From positions 1 through 42,377 of IMG/VR virus record IMGVR_UViG_3300037631_001783: a stretch of DNA of 42,377 bases; one strand, 5' to 3'. Positions 17,361-27,253 of this stretch are shown here, in pieces. The stretch is from a virus (taxonomy: Duplodnaviria; Caudoviricetes). Made by a program: the position numbers and the translations under genes. The notes beneath the pieces are model-generated. The model was not told the DNA's origin. It saw only the letters and a list, made by a program, of their open reading frames with translations, and made no database searches. Position 1 is the stretch's first letter. Each line of letters starts with the position of its first letter.

Positions 17361-20131
17361 ATTCCTAGCCTCTTACGCGTACCACCGCTCATTTGTAACC
17401 TCTTTAACGTTTGCTGTTCACCCTGTTTAGCACCTTGGCTGGCGGCTTGCTTCATGCCAGATTGGAACTGATCAGCGGTTACATAGTCAACACTGTTGAT
17501 ACGTTCCACGGTGTAGCGAACATCGATTGGTGCGGCAACTGCAGTACCACCGCCGCTGTCTTCCGCTCCACCGCCACTGGTAGGAATGACGCTGTTTCCG
17601 CGCGAGCCGCGTGAATAACGAGACATGCTTTCACGCATTTTGGATTCAGGAATGACGTACTCAGGCTCGCCACCTTCACCAATTAATGCGTTGGTTGGCT
17701 TGTTGACATAACCACCTTCTGCATATTCAAACAAACTGGTATTGCCAAATACGTCACCAAGGCCACCTCCACCAATGCCTGCGACACCAGCAGAGCCCCC
17801 AGGGCTGGCGGCAGGGCTGTTAAACCCACCGCCCATCCCAGCAAACGCTTTTGCAATCCCGATCGCAATGTATTGAGCGATCATTTGTGAAGCGGTTTTG
17901 GCTAATACATCAGCCACACTCCTCAACATGTCGGCAAACACTTGCTTGACTGATGTCGCTCCAGTAACCAACCCCTGCAAACCGTTGACCAGTGAACCGC
18001 CAATTGCATTGCCAATTCCCTGAGAAACATCAACAGCAACTTGCTGCAGATTATTTAGGTCGTCAGTGGCTTTAGTAATAAAGGCATTCAGAGGCTGCTG
18101 CGCTACAGCCAAACGCTCCATGAGGCCTTGAGCTTGCGTCAGTTGATCGCCTTTAAGACCTTTATCCTCAAGCTTTTTCATCTCTCTTGCAATCTTCAGG
18201 CGATCTCGCTCCGCCTGACTGGTTGCTTCTGTCATCTTGAGTTGATGCTCAAGCCCTTCGATCGTTGTGTCAAAAAGCTCCTGACGCTTGCGCTGCTCCT
18301 CAGTAATGTCACGCTCAGTCTGACGTTGCGCTGCAAGCTTTTCGGTTGCTGCGTTGATGTTAATCGCGTCAATCAATCGTTGATCTTTGACCTTTGTTAG
18401 ATCTGTTAGACGCTTGGATTCAATCTGAGCAATTCGTTGCTCACCTTGTAAACGAATAACAAGCTGTGAATCGCTTGCAGCCTCGGCCGCAGCAATTTTG
18501 TCCTTAAAGGCAGAGATCTCAAGTATCTTCTGTCTTTCTTGCTCAAGTGCTGCCAGTTTTTGATCTAAACGTGCCTTGTCCTTGGCAGCTTTATCCCCGC
18601 CACTGACTGAAAAATCTCTTTGGTCCTGTTTTGTGATCGGAAGCGGCTTAGCAGCAACTTGAAACTGAGCTTCACCTAAAGCCTGCGTCCGTGCATCAGT
18701 CTTACTTAACCCTCCAGCGCCTTTGAACCCCCTACGTTTTCTTTTCTCGGTTATACCGGAATCGTCACCCGCCACTAACTCAGCGATTCGAGCGTCCAGC
18801 GCAGCTGCGCCATCCGCTCCAAGATCTACCTTCCGCGCCTCAACCTGTTGCTGTACCGTAATGCCACCAAGAGCCTGATTGACAATTTTTAAGAAGGCAT
18901 TAAGTGGACCAGAGATTAACTTGAATAACTGCACAGTCAGTAAGTTCCAAAGTCTTGTTGTTTCCTTGCTTGTTTCGCCTAAATCTTGCAACGCTTTGAC
19001 GCCTTCATTGCCAATCGCCTTTGCCATTTCCTGGCCAAGATGTGCCGCCAATTCCTCTACTTGACCCAGCTCTTCCAAGACGGCAGCACGCTCCCTTGCC
19101 GCATCGGTGCTAAACAAAGATTTTTCGCGCATTAATTCCAGCGCACCACCGGTTGAGTTCAAGGCTTGGCCAACCGTTGCAGCTTCTGTCGCGAACGCTT
19201 CGACCTGTGCAGTAAGTGCGCTGGCAGCAATTGATCCGCCTAAACCACCTGCCGCTCCACCAAGGCCGCCTGCTACCGCTTGAAGCGGGCCGCCGCCAAA
19301 CAACAGTGGGAAGCCAAATCCAGTGGCTACATCAGTGAATTTTTGTTTGCGGGCACGGCGACGTGCTGCAGAAGCTGTTTCTGCCTTCTTTGTCTCAGCG
19401 GCAAGTCTCTTTTCTGCTCTTTCAACATCACGCTTAGCCTTAGTTGAAGCTTTTTGGGCTGTAGAAGCGTTTTTATAATCGCGTTCCAAACGGTTTAAAA
19501 CCGCTTTGGCTTTTCTTACGGCCTCGTTATAAGCAGCTTGATCTCCTGTCTGCGCTGCCACTCCAATGCCTTTGACAAGACTTTCGGCACGGCCAAGGCC
19601 ACGACTATCAGAGACGCCACCAGCCTTAAGTGCCTCAATTCGCTCAAAACCACGTCTACCTTCTTCAAACCCTTTATTTCTAATAACCTGAAGACGATTA
19701 GATTCACGTTGTTTTTCAACAACGCGGCCTAGTTCTGTTGCTAATGCTCTAGCTAGGCGAATATTTTTTTGTCCCCCTCTTGTCCCAGCCTGAAATGCTT
19801 GCTTTATCTGGTCAACGCGACCTTGTAATTTACTGTTTGATTCGCCCCCTGCACGCGTAAACTCCCTAAGCTTTCTGTTGTAAAGGTCAGTGGCGGCGTT
19901 TAATTTAGATTGAAGTGTAAGCTTTTGCTCTGCAATACGAACACTTTTTTGGGAAGCTTGACGCTCAGTACGCGTTACAGTCGCTAAAGCAACTGTTCCT
20001 CTCTGGGCAGTGCTACCTCGTTTTAATTTTTTTGACTCTGAAACAAGGTTTTTTATCCTGGTCTCTGCTGCCTTTATCTTTTCCAGACCTGTGACAATCA
20101 GATCAATTTTTGCCTGATAGCTAGAGGCCAC
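17357..20131 (-). CDS. Tape measure protein
   Basis: 924 aa Ala-rich helical protein; C-terminal AEGGYV..LIGEGGEPEYVIP; follows tail chaperones. Confidence 0.9.
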   Translation of the reverse strand: MASSYQAKIDLIVTGLEKIKAAETRIKNLVSESKKLKRGSTAQRGTVALATVTRTERQASQKSVRIAEQKLTLQSKLNAATDLYNRKLREFTRAGGESNSKLQGRVDQIKQAFQAGTRGGQKNIRLARALATELGRVVEKQRESNRLQVIRNKGFEEGRRGFERIEALKAGGVSDSRGLGRAESLVKGIGVAAQTGDQAAYNEAVRKAKAVLNRLERDYKNASTAQKASTKAKRDVERAEKRLAAETKKAETASAARRRARKQKFTDVATGFGFPLLFGGGPLQAVAGGLGGAAGGLGGSIAASALTAQVEAFATEAATVGQALNSTGGALELMREKSLFSTDAARERAAVLEELGQVEELAAHLGQEMAKAIGNEGVKALQDLGETSKETTRLWNLLTVQLFKLISGPLNAFLKIVNQALGGITVQQQVEARKVDLGADGAAALDARIAELVAGDDSGITEKRKRRGFKGAGGLSKTDARTQALGEAQFQVAAKPLPITKQDQRDFSVSGGDKAAKDKARLDQKLAALEQERQKILEISAFKDKIAAAEAASDSQLVIRLQGEQRIAQIESKRLTDLTKVKDQRLIDAININAATEKLAAQRQTERDITEEQRKRQELFDTTIEGLEHQLKMTEATSQAERDRLKIAREMKKLEDKGLKGDQLTQAQGLMERLAVAQQPLNAFITKATDDLNNLQQVAVDVSQGIGNAIGGSLVNGLQGLVTGATSVKQVFADMLRSVADVLAKTASQMIAQYIAIGIAKAFAGMGGGFNSPAASPGGSAGVAGIGGGGLGDVFGNTSLFEYAEGGYVNKPTNALIGEGGEPEYVIPESKMRESMSRYSRGSRGNSVIPTSGGGAEDSGGGTAVAAPIDVRYTVERINSVDYVTADQFQSGMKQAASQGAKQGEQQTLKRLQMSGGTRKRLGM

Positions 20132-20162
20132 TGCAGAAACAACACACCTGTATCAGGACACT

Positions 20163-20360
20163 CTACCTGCGCCTACGGGCCTTTGCTAATTCCTTCTCCT
20201 GCTCTTCGTTCAAAATTTTAAAATACGCGCTCCAACCCAAGACTTCTTCTGCAGTCATCGTTGACCGTAGCTCCGACAAGCTCATGCCAAGCTCCTTGGC
20301 AATACCAAATTGCAGCATGAGCCAGTTGTCCTTACGAAGCTCGGCTCCTAGGATTTTGGG
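20163..20360 (-). CDS. Tail assembly chaperone frameshift extension (gpT part of gpGT)
   Basis: -1 frame after CCCAAAA reads ILGAELRKDNWLMLQFGIAKELGMSLSELRSTMTAEEVLGWSAYF...RRRR*. Confidence 0.85.
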   Translation of the reverse strand, partial: PKILGAELRKDNWLMLQFGIAKELGMSLSELRSTMTAEEVLGWSAYFKILNEEQEKELAKARRRR

Positions 20361-20689
20361 TCGATTGCCTCTTCTTCTTCGTCGTCAGTCAAAATTGCCA
20401 GCATCAAAGACTGTAAGTCCTTGTCCTTTACCTCGTTCTTTAAGACATCAACTTCACCAGCCAGAAACAAAGACTCCCCCACTTCATCCTTCGCTTTAGT
20501 AATCAGTAGCTGTAAAGCAAACGCATTGGCGTCATCCGATCCAGCACGCTTTTGGGCGCGTTCACGTTCTGCCATCGTCAGTGGCGTAACCCACATCTCA
20601 AACTCGCTGTCATCTGAAAGAGTAACGACTCTTTTTGTTGCCTCTAAATTTGCGGCTTTCTTGAGACGGTCAATGGCGCGTAATGCCAT
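20348..20689 (-). CDS. Tail assembly chaperone (gpG-like)
   Basis: Between major tail and tape measure genes; ends in a slippery site. Confidence 0.85.
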   Translation of the reverse strand: MALRAIDRLKKAANLEATKRVVTLSDDSEFEMWVTPLTMAERERAQKRAGSDDANAFALQLLITKAKDEVGESLFLAGEVDVLKNEVKDKDLQSLMLAILTDDEEEEAIDPKS

Positions 20690-20723
20690 GAGTTACAACT
20701 AATTGTCTTACTACACTAGCACT

Positions 20724-20750
20724 AAAAAAGCCCCTAACAATGTCAGGGGC
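20724..20750 (-). terminator. Rho-independent terminator after the major tail gene
   Basis: GCCCCTGAC-att-GTTAGGGGC followed by TTTTTT. Confidence 0.8.
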
Positions 20751-20771
20751 CTCTTTATCATCAATCGACTA

Positions 20772-21512
20772 TTAGCTCTTAGCGAAGTCGAATGTAGGAG
20801 CTGACGTTGGACGGAAGTTAATTGAAATCGCCTGAGCGTCGTCTGGAGTTACTGAGAAACTCGCAGAAGTCAGCACTGCTTCCATTGAAATGGAACGGCT
20901 GGCTGCATCGTCTGGCGTACCAGCTGAAACAACTGCATCCATATACAGCTTGAAGGTTGCACCAGCTTGGTTGCGCTGAGTAACGTCTTCAATCAAACGA
21001 GCCGAAATGCCGGTGTCGTCATCAGTGAAGTAAACCTCAGCTGAACCCGTGCCATCCGCAAACCCAGAGATAAAGGTTCGGAATGGTGCGCTTTGACCCA
21101 AAGTGCCACCGATGCTTGTCACATCGATTTCATCTCGGGTTATTTCAAAGTTCCAGGAGCGCACGTTTGCAACTGCTTGGAACTCAGTAAACGCAACTGT
21201 AAAGGCGCTAGTGCCGTCAGTCCCGTCACTTGACAGGGCGAGTACAGAACCGCCTGCTGTTGCAGAAAACGTTGCTGCTCCAGTAGAAGCGGTGTAGGTC
21301 TTGATAAAGACAGGAGTTCCTGCAGCTAGACCGCCGGGAAGAGTGCCCCCACCGGTAGTAAACGAAACTTTGTCGTTTACCTTGAAGTTCAGAAACGTTC
21401 CAACTTTGATCGTGTCGCTGCCGCTAGTTACATCTGCAGCCTTAAAGGTTCCAGATGTGCCAGCTGGCTTGTAATAAAGGGCTCCAGAGGTGCCCGAAAG
21501 GACGGTAGCCAT
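20772..21512 (-). CDS. Major tail tube protein with an inserted domain
   Basis: VRSWNFEITRDEIDVT..ISGFADGTGS core; followed by terminator and chaperones. Confidence 0.85.
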   Translation of the reverse strand: MATVLSGTSGALYYKPAGTSGTFKAADVTSGSDTIKVGTFLNFKVNDKVSFTTGGGTLPGGLAAGTPVFIKTYTASTGAATFSATAGGSVLALSSDGTDGTSAFTVAFTEFQAVANVRSWNFEITRDEIDVTSIGGTLGQSAPFRTFISGFADGTGSAEVYFTDDDTGISARLIEDVTQRNQAGATFKLYMDAVVSAGTPDDAASRSISMEAVLTSASFSVTPDDAQAISINFRPTSAPTFDFAKS

Positions 21513-21586
21513 TCGTGGTACTGAGAATGGTGGACTTACGGGCGAAACCCGGACTCATACAGCTTAGCGCGTTGTCCGCAAAACAT

Positions 21587-22018
21587 TTAACCGTGATCTT
21601 CGGCAATAAAGCCAGCGTCTATACGCCCCATCATGTGGGGGGATTGTTCAGTTGTTGAAAAAGTAGGCCCATTAACCGCCCCAGGTCGAAAATAAATACC
21701 CGTAGCTGCTCTAGTGGACGCGCTTAAAGAAAGTAGCGTTGTTGCCGCTGTGTTTACCAACGTTTGGTTCCTTGCAGGGCCTTTCCCTTTCTCGCTGTAA
21801 ACACGAATAACTACACTGCCTCTAACAAAGTCAAGATTGCTGGTCAGCGTTACTTCTGTTGTTAGGCCGAACGTAACATTTACTCGAACGTACTCTGTTG
21901 TTGTATTAGCTGGGGCAGCAGTGATGTTGTCGAAAAATACTGGCACAGCTGGTGACAAACTGTTAAAAGCAGTTAAAAGTGGATTTTCAACTGCGGCTCG
22001 AATTGCTTGGTAGTTCAT
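21587..22018 (-). CDS. Tail terminator-like protein
   Basis: Position before major tail gene; V.FDN..YVRVNV..G.V.IRVY pattern. Confidence 0.65.
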   Translation of the reverse strand: MNYQAIRAAVENPLLTAFNSLSPAVPVFFDNITAAPANTTTEYVRVNVTFGLTTEVTLTSNLDFVRGSVVIRVYSEKGKGPARNQTLVNTAATTLLSLSASTRAATGIYFRPGAVNGPTFSTTEQSPHMMGRIDAGFIAEDHG

Positions 22019-22557
22019 CAGCTAAATCCTTTTGCTTTACCAAATGTAAGGAATCCTTTGCCAAAACCTTTTCCAATGGACTTGGTTAAAGGTCCGCCTA
22101 ACCCGAAGGTTGACCACCAATCAGCGGGTGCAGAGCTTGCAGAACCCCCGTCCCCAACCACTTGCCCACGAGTGTCTCCTGGCGAGCGTCTACCGGTTTT
22201 TATTGTTTTGCTAAGCACTTTTCGTTCTTCTAAACGTTCCGTAGGCTTTGAATAAGGGACAAGATCCATTGCCTCCGCTGCATACGGAGAAGTGTTTAAT
22301 ATCGTGTATAAACCTGTTGTCTTAAATTTAGTTTTAGGGACATTTCTTAAAGTGTACTTATACAAACCTGTGGAACTGCGTGGACTTCCAGGGGCTTTAC
22401 CGGGAGCAACTGCATACCAAGATGCTGAAAATTCTCCTGAGTAAGCTGGCCCTGCTTCAACAAGATCATTCATTATTTGAACGCAAGCTGTCCTAGCTCC
22501 TTCAAGAGTGGCATCCTCTATGTCCTTTATCAAAAATTTAAGATCTCTCTTCGCCAT
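22018..22557 (-). CDS. Neck / tail completion protein (HK97 gp10-like)
   Basis: PAYSGEFSASW and ILNTSPYA motifs; position. Confidence 0.7.
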   Translation of the reverse strand: MAKRDLKFLIKDIEDATLEGARTACVQIMNDLVEAGPAYSGEFSASWYAVAPGKAPGSPRSSTGLYKYTLRNVPKTKFKTTGLYTILNTSPYAAEAMDLVPYSKPTERLEERKVLSKTIKTGRRSPGDTRGQVVGDGGSASSAPADWWSTFGLGGPLTKSIGKGFGKGFLTFGKAKGFS

Positions 22558-22934
22558 TACTGCGGCCTCGCAACGATTGTGTGGAGCAAAGGATCTTCGC
22601 CCCGAAGACTCAACACATTTAAAATCTTCGCTTCTCTAGTCACGCCAGCTTGCGAATACTGAATACGGTCAGCTTCAGTCGGGTAGTAAGAGTTCAACTC
22701 ATCACCACCAAGAATCACCTTGATGTCAGTTGTTTGATAAAGCCCTTCGCTTTCTCTTGCCGAAACATTAGAAATCAAACCCTTCAACACAACAGATGTA
22801 TCCGCACCAGTCACAGCACCTGTTGCTGGGTCGTAAGTGCGTGGCGTTGTCGTCTTAACAAGCGTGATGTCTTGACCCCATTCGTCCAGTAAATCCTTGG
22901 GGATTGACTTAAAAGTGCTGTCTACAAGTGACAT
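22557..22934 (-). CDS. Head closure protein
   Basis: WGQDITL..TYDPATG motif; position. Confidence 0.7.
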   Translation of the reverse strand: MSLVDSTFKSIPKDLLDEWGQDITLVKTTTPRTYDPATGAVTGADTSVVLKGLISNVSARESEGLYQTTDIKVILGGDELNSYYPTEADRIQYSQAGVTREAKILNVLSLRGEDPLLHTIVARPQ

Positions 22935-22935
22935 T

Positions 22936-23466
22936 TCAACCCCTCACCATACGAACTTGATAAGAGCCAGAACCTCCAAGGCAATAAGCACCAAGATAAG
23001 ACTGCAGCCAAGGGTAAACGTCGAATACGTTATTGACAGTTCCAGTAGCTTGGCTAGCAGTGTTGTACTTGACCTTGAGGTCTCCGAGTTCGACTTCTTC
23101 GTATAACCCCTTATTGCCGGTATTCCCTGTAATCGCGTCCGTGTCATTAGCCAGCTCAAACGCTAGTAGATATGTAGCTTTTTTAATTGCGTTTGGGATC
23201 GCGGAACAGGTCAGCTCTACACGATCGACATGATAATTATTGCGGGGCCAACTTAAAGCTTGGCTTGAGTCGCAACGATCACCATAGAAATTCAACGTGT
23301 CGATCCAGCTTGTAGCTGAAATTAAGGCACGATTTTTCTTGTCGTCTTGTTTGTTGTCCCACTGCGTTGAGCTTGGAACGGTTTCAAAATACGCGTCTGC
23401 CTCTGCCAACGTCACAAAGCTGTTGGCTGTCTCACTCTTGAGTGTGGCGTTAATCGTGGCAGCCAT
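22936..23466 (-). CDS. Head-tail adaptor (family often annotated DnaT-like)
   Basis: NSFVTLAEADAYF..QALSWPR motif; directly after capsid; start MAATIN at 23466. Confidence 0.75.
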   Translation of the reverse strand: MAATINATLKSETANSFVTLAEADAYFETVPSSTQWDNKQDDKKNRALISATSWIDTLNFYGDRCDSSQALSWPRNNYHVDRVELTCSAIPNAIKKATYLLAFELANDTDAITGNTGNKGLYEEVELGDLKVKYNTASQATGTVNNVFDVYPWLQSYLGAYCLGGSGSYQVRMVRG

Positions 23467-23482
23467 AAGACAATAATAAGGT

Positions 23483-23504
23483 GGCCCCACCTAATGGTAG
23501 GGCC
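23483..23504 (-). terminator. Hairpin after the major capsid gene (weak terminator or stabiliser)
   Basis: GGCCCTACC-atta-GGTGGGGCC; poor U-tract. Confidence 0.5.
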
Positions 23505-23520
23505 TTTGCTCTGATCAAGA

Positions 23521-24600
23521 TCAGATGGTGCTGGTATCCAGCGGAGTGTTGACAGTCAACTGAACCATAGGGATCAGGTCGATGTCATAAGTGGCGGCCC
23601 ACTTGTTAGCGGTAGCCAGATGAGCGTTGGTGGGGTTATCACCAGCGTCAGACCACTTAGTGCCCATCACGTGATAGGTGCTGTGGTAATCCACAGAAAG
23701 CACGTCTTGCTTCGAGAGGACGTTGCGATCAGCTTCAATCCGAAGATCTTGCTGCACGCCTTCAAGGATGGTGCCTGACTTAACCAGATAGCAGTAGAAC
23801 TCTTTCTGGTGGCCAGAAGTGCCAGGAGCGACAGTGTTGACTTGTGAGTCAACGACTACGCGCATCCCTGCAAACTCACCAACTTCGCGAGCGCCAATAC
23901 CAACGCCACCACCACCCCAGGTCACTGCGCCAGAAGCGGCAAGTGCTGAAGTAGAGAAGGTCAGCATCCCTACCTGATACAGGTAGTAAGCAACGGAAGG
24001 GTGAACAATCAGAGTGTCCAGCTCTTCACCACGCTCTCCGAGCTTGGAGCGTGCTTCTGCCACTGTTGCAGCAGTCAGGAAGTTGGCTTCAGCACCGCCA
24101 GAAGCAGCACCTTTACCTTTATCCAGTGCATTGGCAGAAAGTGCCGTGCCAAACAAGCCAGCAAGCTGTGAGAACAGACGTGCGCTGTTCAGCTTGTTGA
24201 TTGCATCAGCCAGCTGATTGCGGATGTGAAGCATTGGATCTTCACCAGCAGCCAATACCGCAACGTCATCTACGGCATACGCGAAACCGCGATGGCAGAT
24301 GGTTGCAATCTGGGTTCCGGTTCCGATCTTTTGAGGAGTCAGATAACCGCCAGAACTGGTGCCCCATGTTGCTGTTCCGTCCAGAATCTCCTCAGTTGGA
24401 GATACAGGATTGAACTCGGGGACTTGGATGCGAGTACCGCCTTCACGTGAATCGAGAAGTGCGTTACGGATGACAGCGCCAGACTTGATAAACAAGCTGC
24501 GCTCTTTGATGGCCTCAGACACATAGGTGCTGAGATTATTCCTCTTGACGATGTCCGCGAGTAGGACACCGCCGGAATAATTCTGAAATGGAGCAGCCAT
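23521..24600 (-). CDS. Major capsid protein
   Basis: 359 aa after scaffold; GEFAGMRVVVD and DLRIEADRN motifs typical of HK97-fold coats. Confidence 0.88.
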   Translation of the reverse strand: MAAPFQNYSGGVLLADIVKRNNLSTYVSEAIKERSLFIKSGAVIRNALLDSREGGTRIQVPEFNPVSPTEEILDGTATWGTSSGGYLTPQKIGTGTQIATICHRGFAYAVDDVAVLAAGEDPMLHIRNQLADAINKLNSARLFSQLAGLFGTALSANALDKGKGAASGGAEANFLTAATVAEARSKLGERGEELDTLIVHPSVAYYLYQVGMLTFSTSALAASGAVTWGGGGVGIGAREVGEFAGMRVVVDSQVNTVAPGTSGHQKEFYCYLVKSGTILEGVQQDLRIEADRNVLSKQDVLSVDYHSTYHVMGTKWSDAGDNPTNAHLATANKWAATYDIDLIPMVQLTVNTPLDTSTI

Positions 24601-24665
24601 TTCTTATTCAGGGATAATGTTTGCGGTGGATCAAGTCACAGACTTGAAATGGTGTCCCACAGGGA

Positions 24666-25376
24666 CTATTTACCGGCCTCTCTCCTGAGCACAGCTGCAA
24701 GATCAGGGTCGGAAGCATCCAAAGCCATTTGCTTTGTTAAGTTAATACTACCCTCTAGCCAAGGATTTGCGATGCCTGCGGCACCTGCAGTCCCTGTAGA
24801 TGGCTTAGCTCCCATGCCAGCTTGAGTGCTTGGCTTGAAGTGATGTTCAAAGCCAGAACCAGGATTTTTTAGCTTGGCTAAATAAACACCTAAGTCTTGT
24901 TCAACGCCACCGTCAAGAACTTTGACGCTGCCATCTTCAGACTTCTTAAGACCGTTCTGCACTAATTGCAGCATCTGCTCAGCATTAATCGCTCCAGCCT
25001 GGCTAATTGCAGACAATGCAGACGTTTGCATCGCTGCAGTTTCGTTTGAAGTGCGAAGCTCTTGCAATTGACGCTCTAGATCAGCAATTTGTTGTTGCTT
25101 GTCTTGAGCAGTTTTGTTGGCCTCTTCCCAAAGGTCTTTCCATTGACCCTGGTCTTCAAGCGTTTTTCTGCGTTGATCGTCTTGCTTTTTGTAGACATCA
25201 TCAAGCTTGCCCTTGATGCCTTGGAATTTATCCTCGGCTTCACTGGCACGTACTTTTAATGCCTGGATCTGCTGTTCGTACGCTGAAACGTCTACAGCAG
25301 GAGTTGAAGTCGCAGTCTCAGCCACGGGCTGTTCAGGAGCTGCCACTGGCGTCTCCTGGATGACTTGTTCTTCCAT
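24666..25376 (-). CDS. Capsid scaffolding protein
   Basis: Coiled-coil LEDQGQWKDL; C-terminal NPW..INLTKQ motif; between portal and capsid. Confidence 0.8.
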   Translation of the reverse strand: MEEQVIQETPVAAPEQPVAETATSTPAVDVSAYEQQIQALKVRASEAEDKFQGIKGKLDDVYKKQDDQRRKTLEDQGQWKDLWEEANKTAQDKQQQIADLERQLQELRTSNETAAMQTSALSAISQAGAINAEQMLQLVQNGLKKSEDGSVKVLDGGVEQDLGVYLAKLKNPGSGFEHHFKPSTQAGMGAKPSTGTAGAAGIANPWLEGSINLTKQMALDASDPDLAAVLRREAGK

Positions 25377-25378
25377 TT

Positions 25379-25492
25379 TTAGGATTTAGTGGACTCTTCT
25401 ACTTTAGTATCTTTTGTTTTACGCGCTGATTTTTTGGCAGCGGCAGTTTCTTTCTTTGCAGGAGGGTTGATCTCCTCAAATCGAAGTCCCAT
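25379..25492 (-). CDS. 37-aa Lys-rich peptide MGLRFEEINPPAKKETAAAKKSARK...
   Basis: ATG at 25492 fills the portal-scaffold gap. Confidence 0.5.
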   Translation of the reverse strand: MGLRFEEINPPAKKETAAAKKSARKTKDTKVEESTKS

Positions 25493-25514
25493 GAGAACAA
25501 AGGCTGTTATGCCC

Positions 25515-26966
25515 CTACTGTACCTCTGCCGACTGATTCTGCGACTCCGCTGATGTAGGCAGGATTTCACCCTGTACCAACATGTCGCGGAACTCTTCGC
25601 GATCAATAATGCTGTCTTGGAACAGCTGAGCCATTGCCGTAATGTCTTGGCCAATAAGACGCTGAAGGTCAAAGTCACGGCTGATCTTCACTTCAGGTGG
25701 CTCAATACCTAGATAATTAGCAGCCAAGTTGTAAGCCTTCTGCAAGCCAGACTCCAGATCCATCGATACCATCGACAACATTGAATTTGTGTCGATACGG
25801 TCTAGTCGTCGTGCGTCGGCTGATTCAGCTACAAATTTTTGTTGGCTAAGCGTGCTGATGCCCAACGTCGCCATTTGTTGCTGTAATTCTTGGATCTCCG
25901 CAGATTGCGCTTCAAAAGCACTAGCGGCAGGCTCCACGTAGTAGACCTTGTTTCCCGGCTGCGTCGCCATCGCATAGTTAACACTAATCGCCATATCTTT
26001 AGTCTGGTCATCCCAACCCTCAAGCACCAACATCGGTTGTGATGCGATATGCAGGCTATGAATCAAGTCAGCTTGACGCTGGAAGTGAGCAAGATTTAGA
26101 TGAGCAATGTCCAGTAACGGTGGACGACTTGTCAGTGTGTCCGTCTTGTTCGCGTAGATCGTGACCAAGGGGACTTGATCAAGTGAATACGGCCCAGATT
26201 CAATAAGCTCAAACTCCGACGTAGCGTCTGATTGGTCAAACGAAGAGGGGTATGGGAAGTTCCCTTGCATCGCTTTCTTTTGCTCTTCTTGCCGATAGAC
26301 GCGATAACGACCCGGCTCAATGACACGAATCTGGTCATAGACTTTTTCTCCAAACTCACCGTCAGCTACAACAGCTTTTTCGCCAATTCGCACTTGCGTC
26401 AGGTTGCCGTAATTCGATTCCCGATCCAAACGCCAGCCATACACTTTGGTTGGATCAACCTCAATCCAATATGGACGACGGTTTAATGCACGCTCTTCTG
26501 CAAGGCTTCGGGCTTCTGTTGGAGCGGGAAAGTCAACCAACGTATGACAATGGCCATAGGTCAGAGCACAAATCACCAGACGACGTGCATACTCATCCAG
26601 ATCTGAACCACAGCCATCAACATCTTTGTTGAAAACTTCTGTCCAATATGGATCGCCAACAATATTGATTGGCTTACGCAGAATTAAACCTGCCGCCGCT
26701 CGAATCAACCGTTGGGTATATGGCGTAAATACAGCACGATTTACACGCGCTAGATACGCGGAATAATCTTCGCGAGGCTCTAATGGCAGAAATGCTTCGC
26801 TGTTATCACGTAAATACTCAGTGCCAGAGACCACGGCTTTCATGATTTCCCAGCCTTTCATCTGGTCAATCACTGCCCGTGTTCGGACAAATGGACTGTC
26901 AACACTCCCCATGTAGGAGCTGCTGACCAAATGGGTCCGAACGAGCCCTGGGACGGAGTAAGTCAT
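25515..26966 (-). CDS. Portal protein (DUF4055-like)
   Basis: 483 aa; FLP.EPRE..Y.ARV.RA and PPLLDIAHLNLAHFQ motifs. Confidence 0.88.
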   Translation of the reverse strand: MTYSVPGLVRTHLVSSSYMGSVDSPFVRTRAVIDQMKGWEIMKAVVSGTEYLRDNSEAFLPLEPREDYSAYLARVNRAVFTPYTQRLIRAAAGLILRKPINIVGDPYWTEVFNKDVDGCGSDLDEYARRLVICALTYGHCHTLVDFPAPTEARSLAEERALNRRPYWIEVDPTKVYGWRLDRESNYGNLTQVRIGEKAVVADGEFGEKVYDQIRVIEPGRYRVYRQEEQKKAMQGNFPYPSSFDQSDATSEFELIESGPYSLDQVPLVTIYANKTDTLTSRPPLLDIAHLNLAHFQRQADLIHSLHIASQPMLVLEGWDDQTKDMAISVNYAMATQPGNKVYYVEPAASAFEAQSAEIQELQQQMATLGISTLSQQKFVAESADARRLDRIDTNSMLSMVSMDLESGLQKAYNLAANYLGIEPPEVKISRDFDLQRLIGQDITAMAQLFQDSIIDREEFRDMLVQGEILPTSAESQNQSAEVQ

Positions 26967-26986
26967 GTCATTATTTTAACCATTGA

Positions 26987-27253
26987 TTAGTTGTTGCAAC
27001 CCCATCTCCTTCGAGCAGCTTTGCCTCGTTCTCCAGTCCAACTCTTGCTGCGAGCACAAAAAGATTTCTTACGCGCTGCTTCTTTCTTGGTTTTAGGCTT
27101 GCCGGTGACAGGTGCTTTTAGATTTGAGCCGGTTTCTTTATTATATTTAGCCCTGCCTTTTGCAGTCAGTCCTGCACCTTTACTTGCTGGAAGTTTTTCA
27201 CCACGGCCAACACTAAGATTTGGCCCTTTTTTACGCTTTTTCTTTTCAGCCAT
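26987..27253 (-). CDS. Small basic protein (DUF6321-like)
   Basis: GLTAKGRAKY..GSNLKAP..RKKSFCAR motif. Confidence 0.7.
   Translation of the reverse strand: MAEKKKRKKGPNLSVGRGEKLPASKGAGLTAKGRAKYNKETGSNLKAPVTGKPKTKKEAARKKSFCARSKSWTGERGKAARRRWGCNN

Noticed and set aside
22936-23466. DnaT-like replication protein
   Set aside because: Position directly after the capsid gene indicates a head-tail adaptor despite the common family label
24652-24660. GTGTCCCAC as an outlying iteron copy
   Set aside because: Single partial match, better explained as one arm of the capsid-leader hairpin
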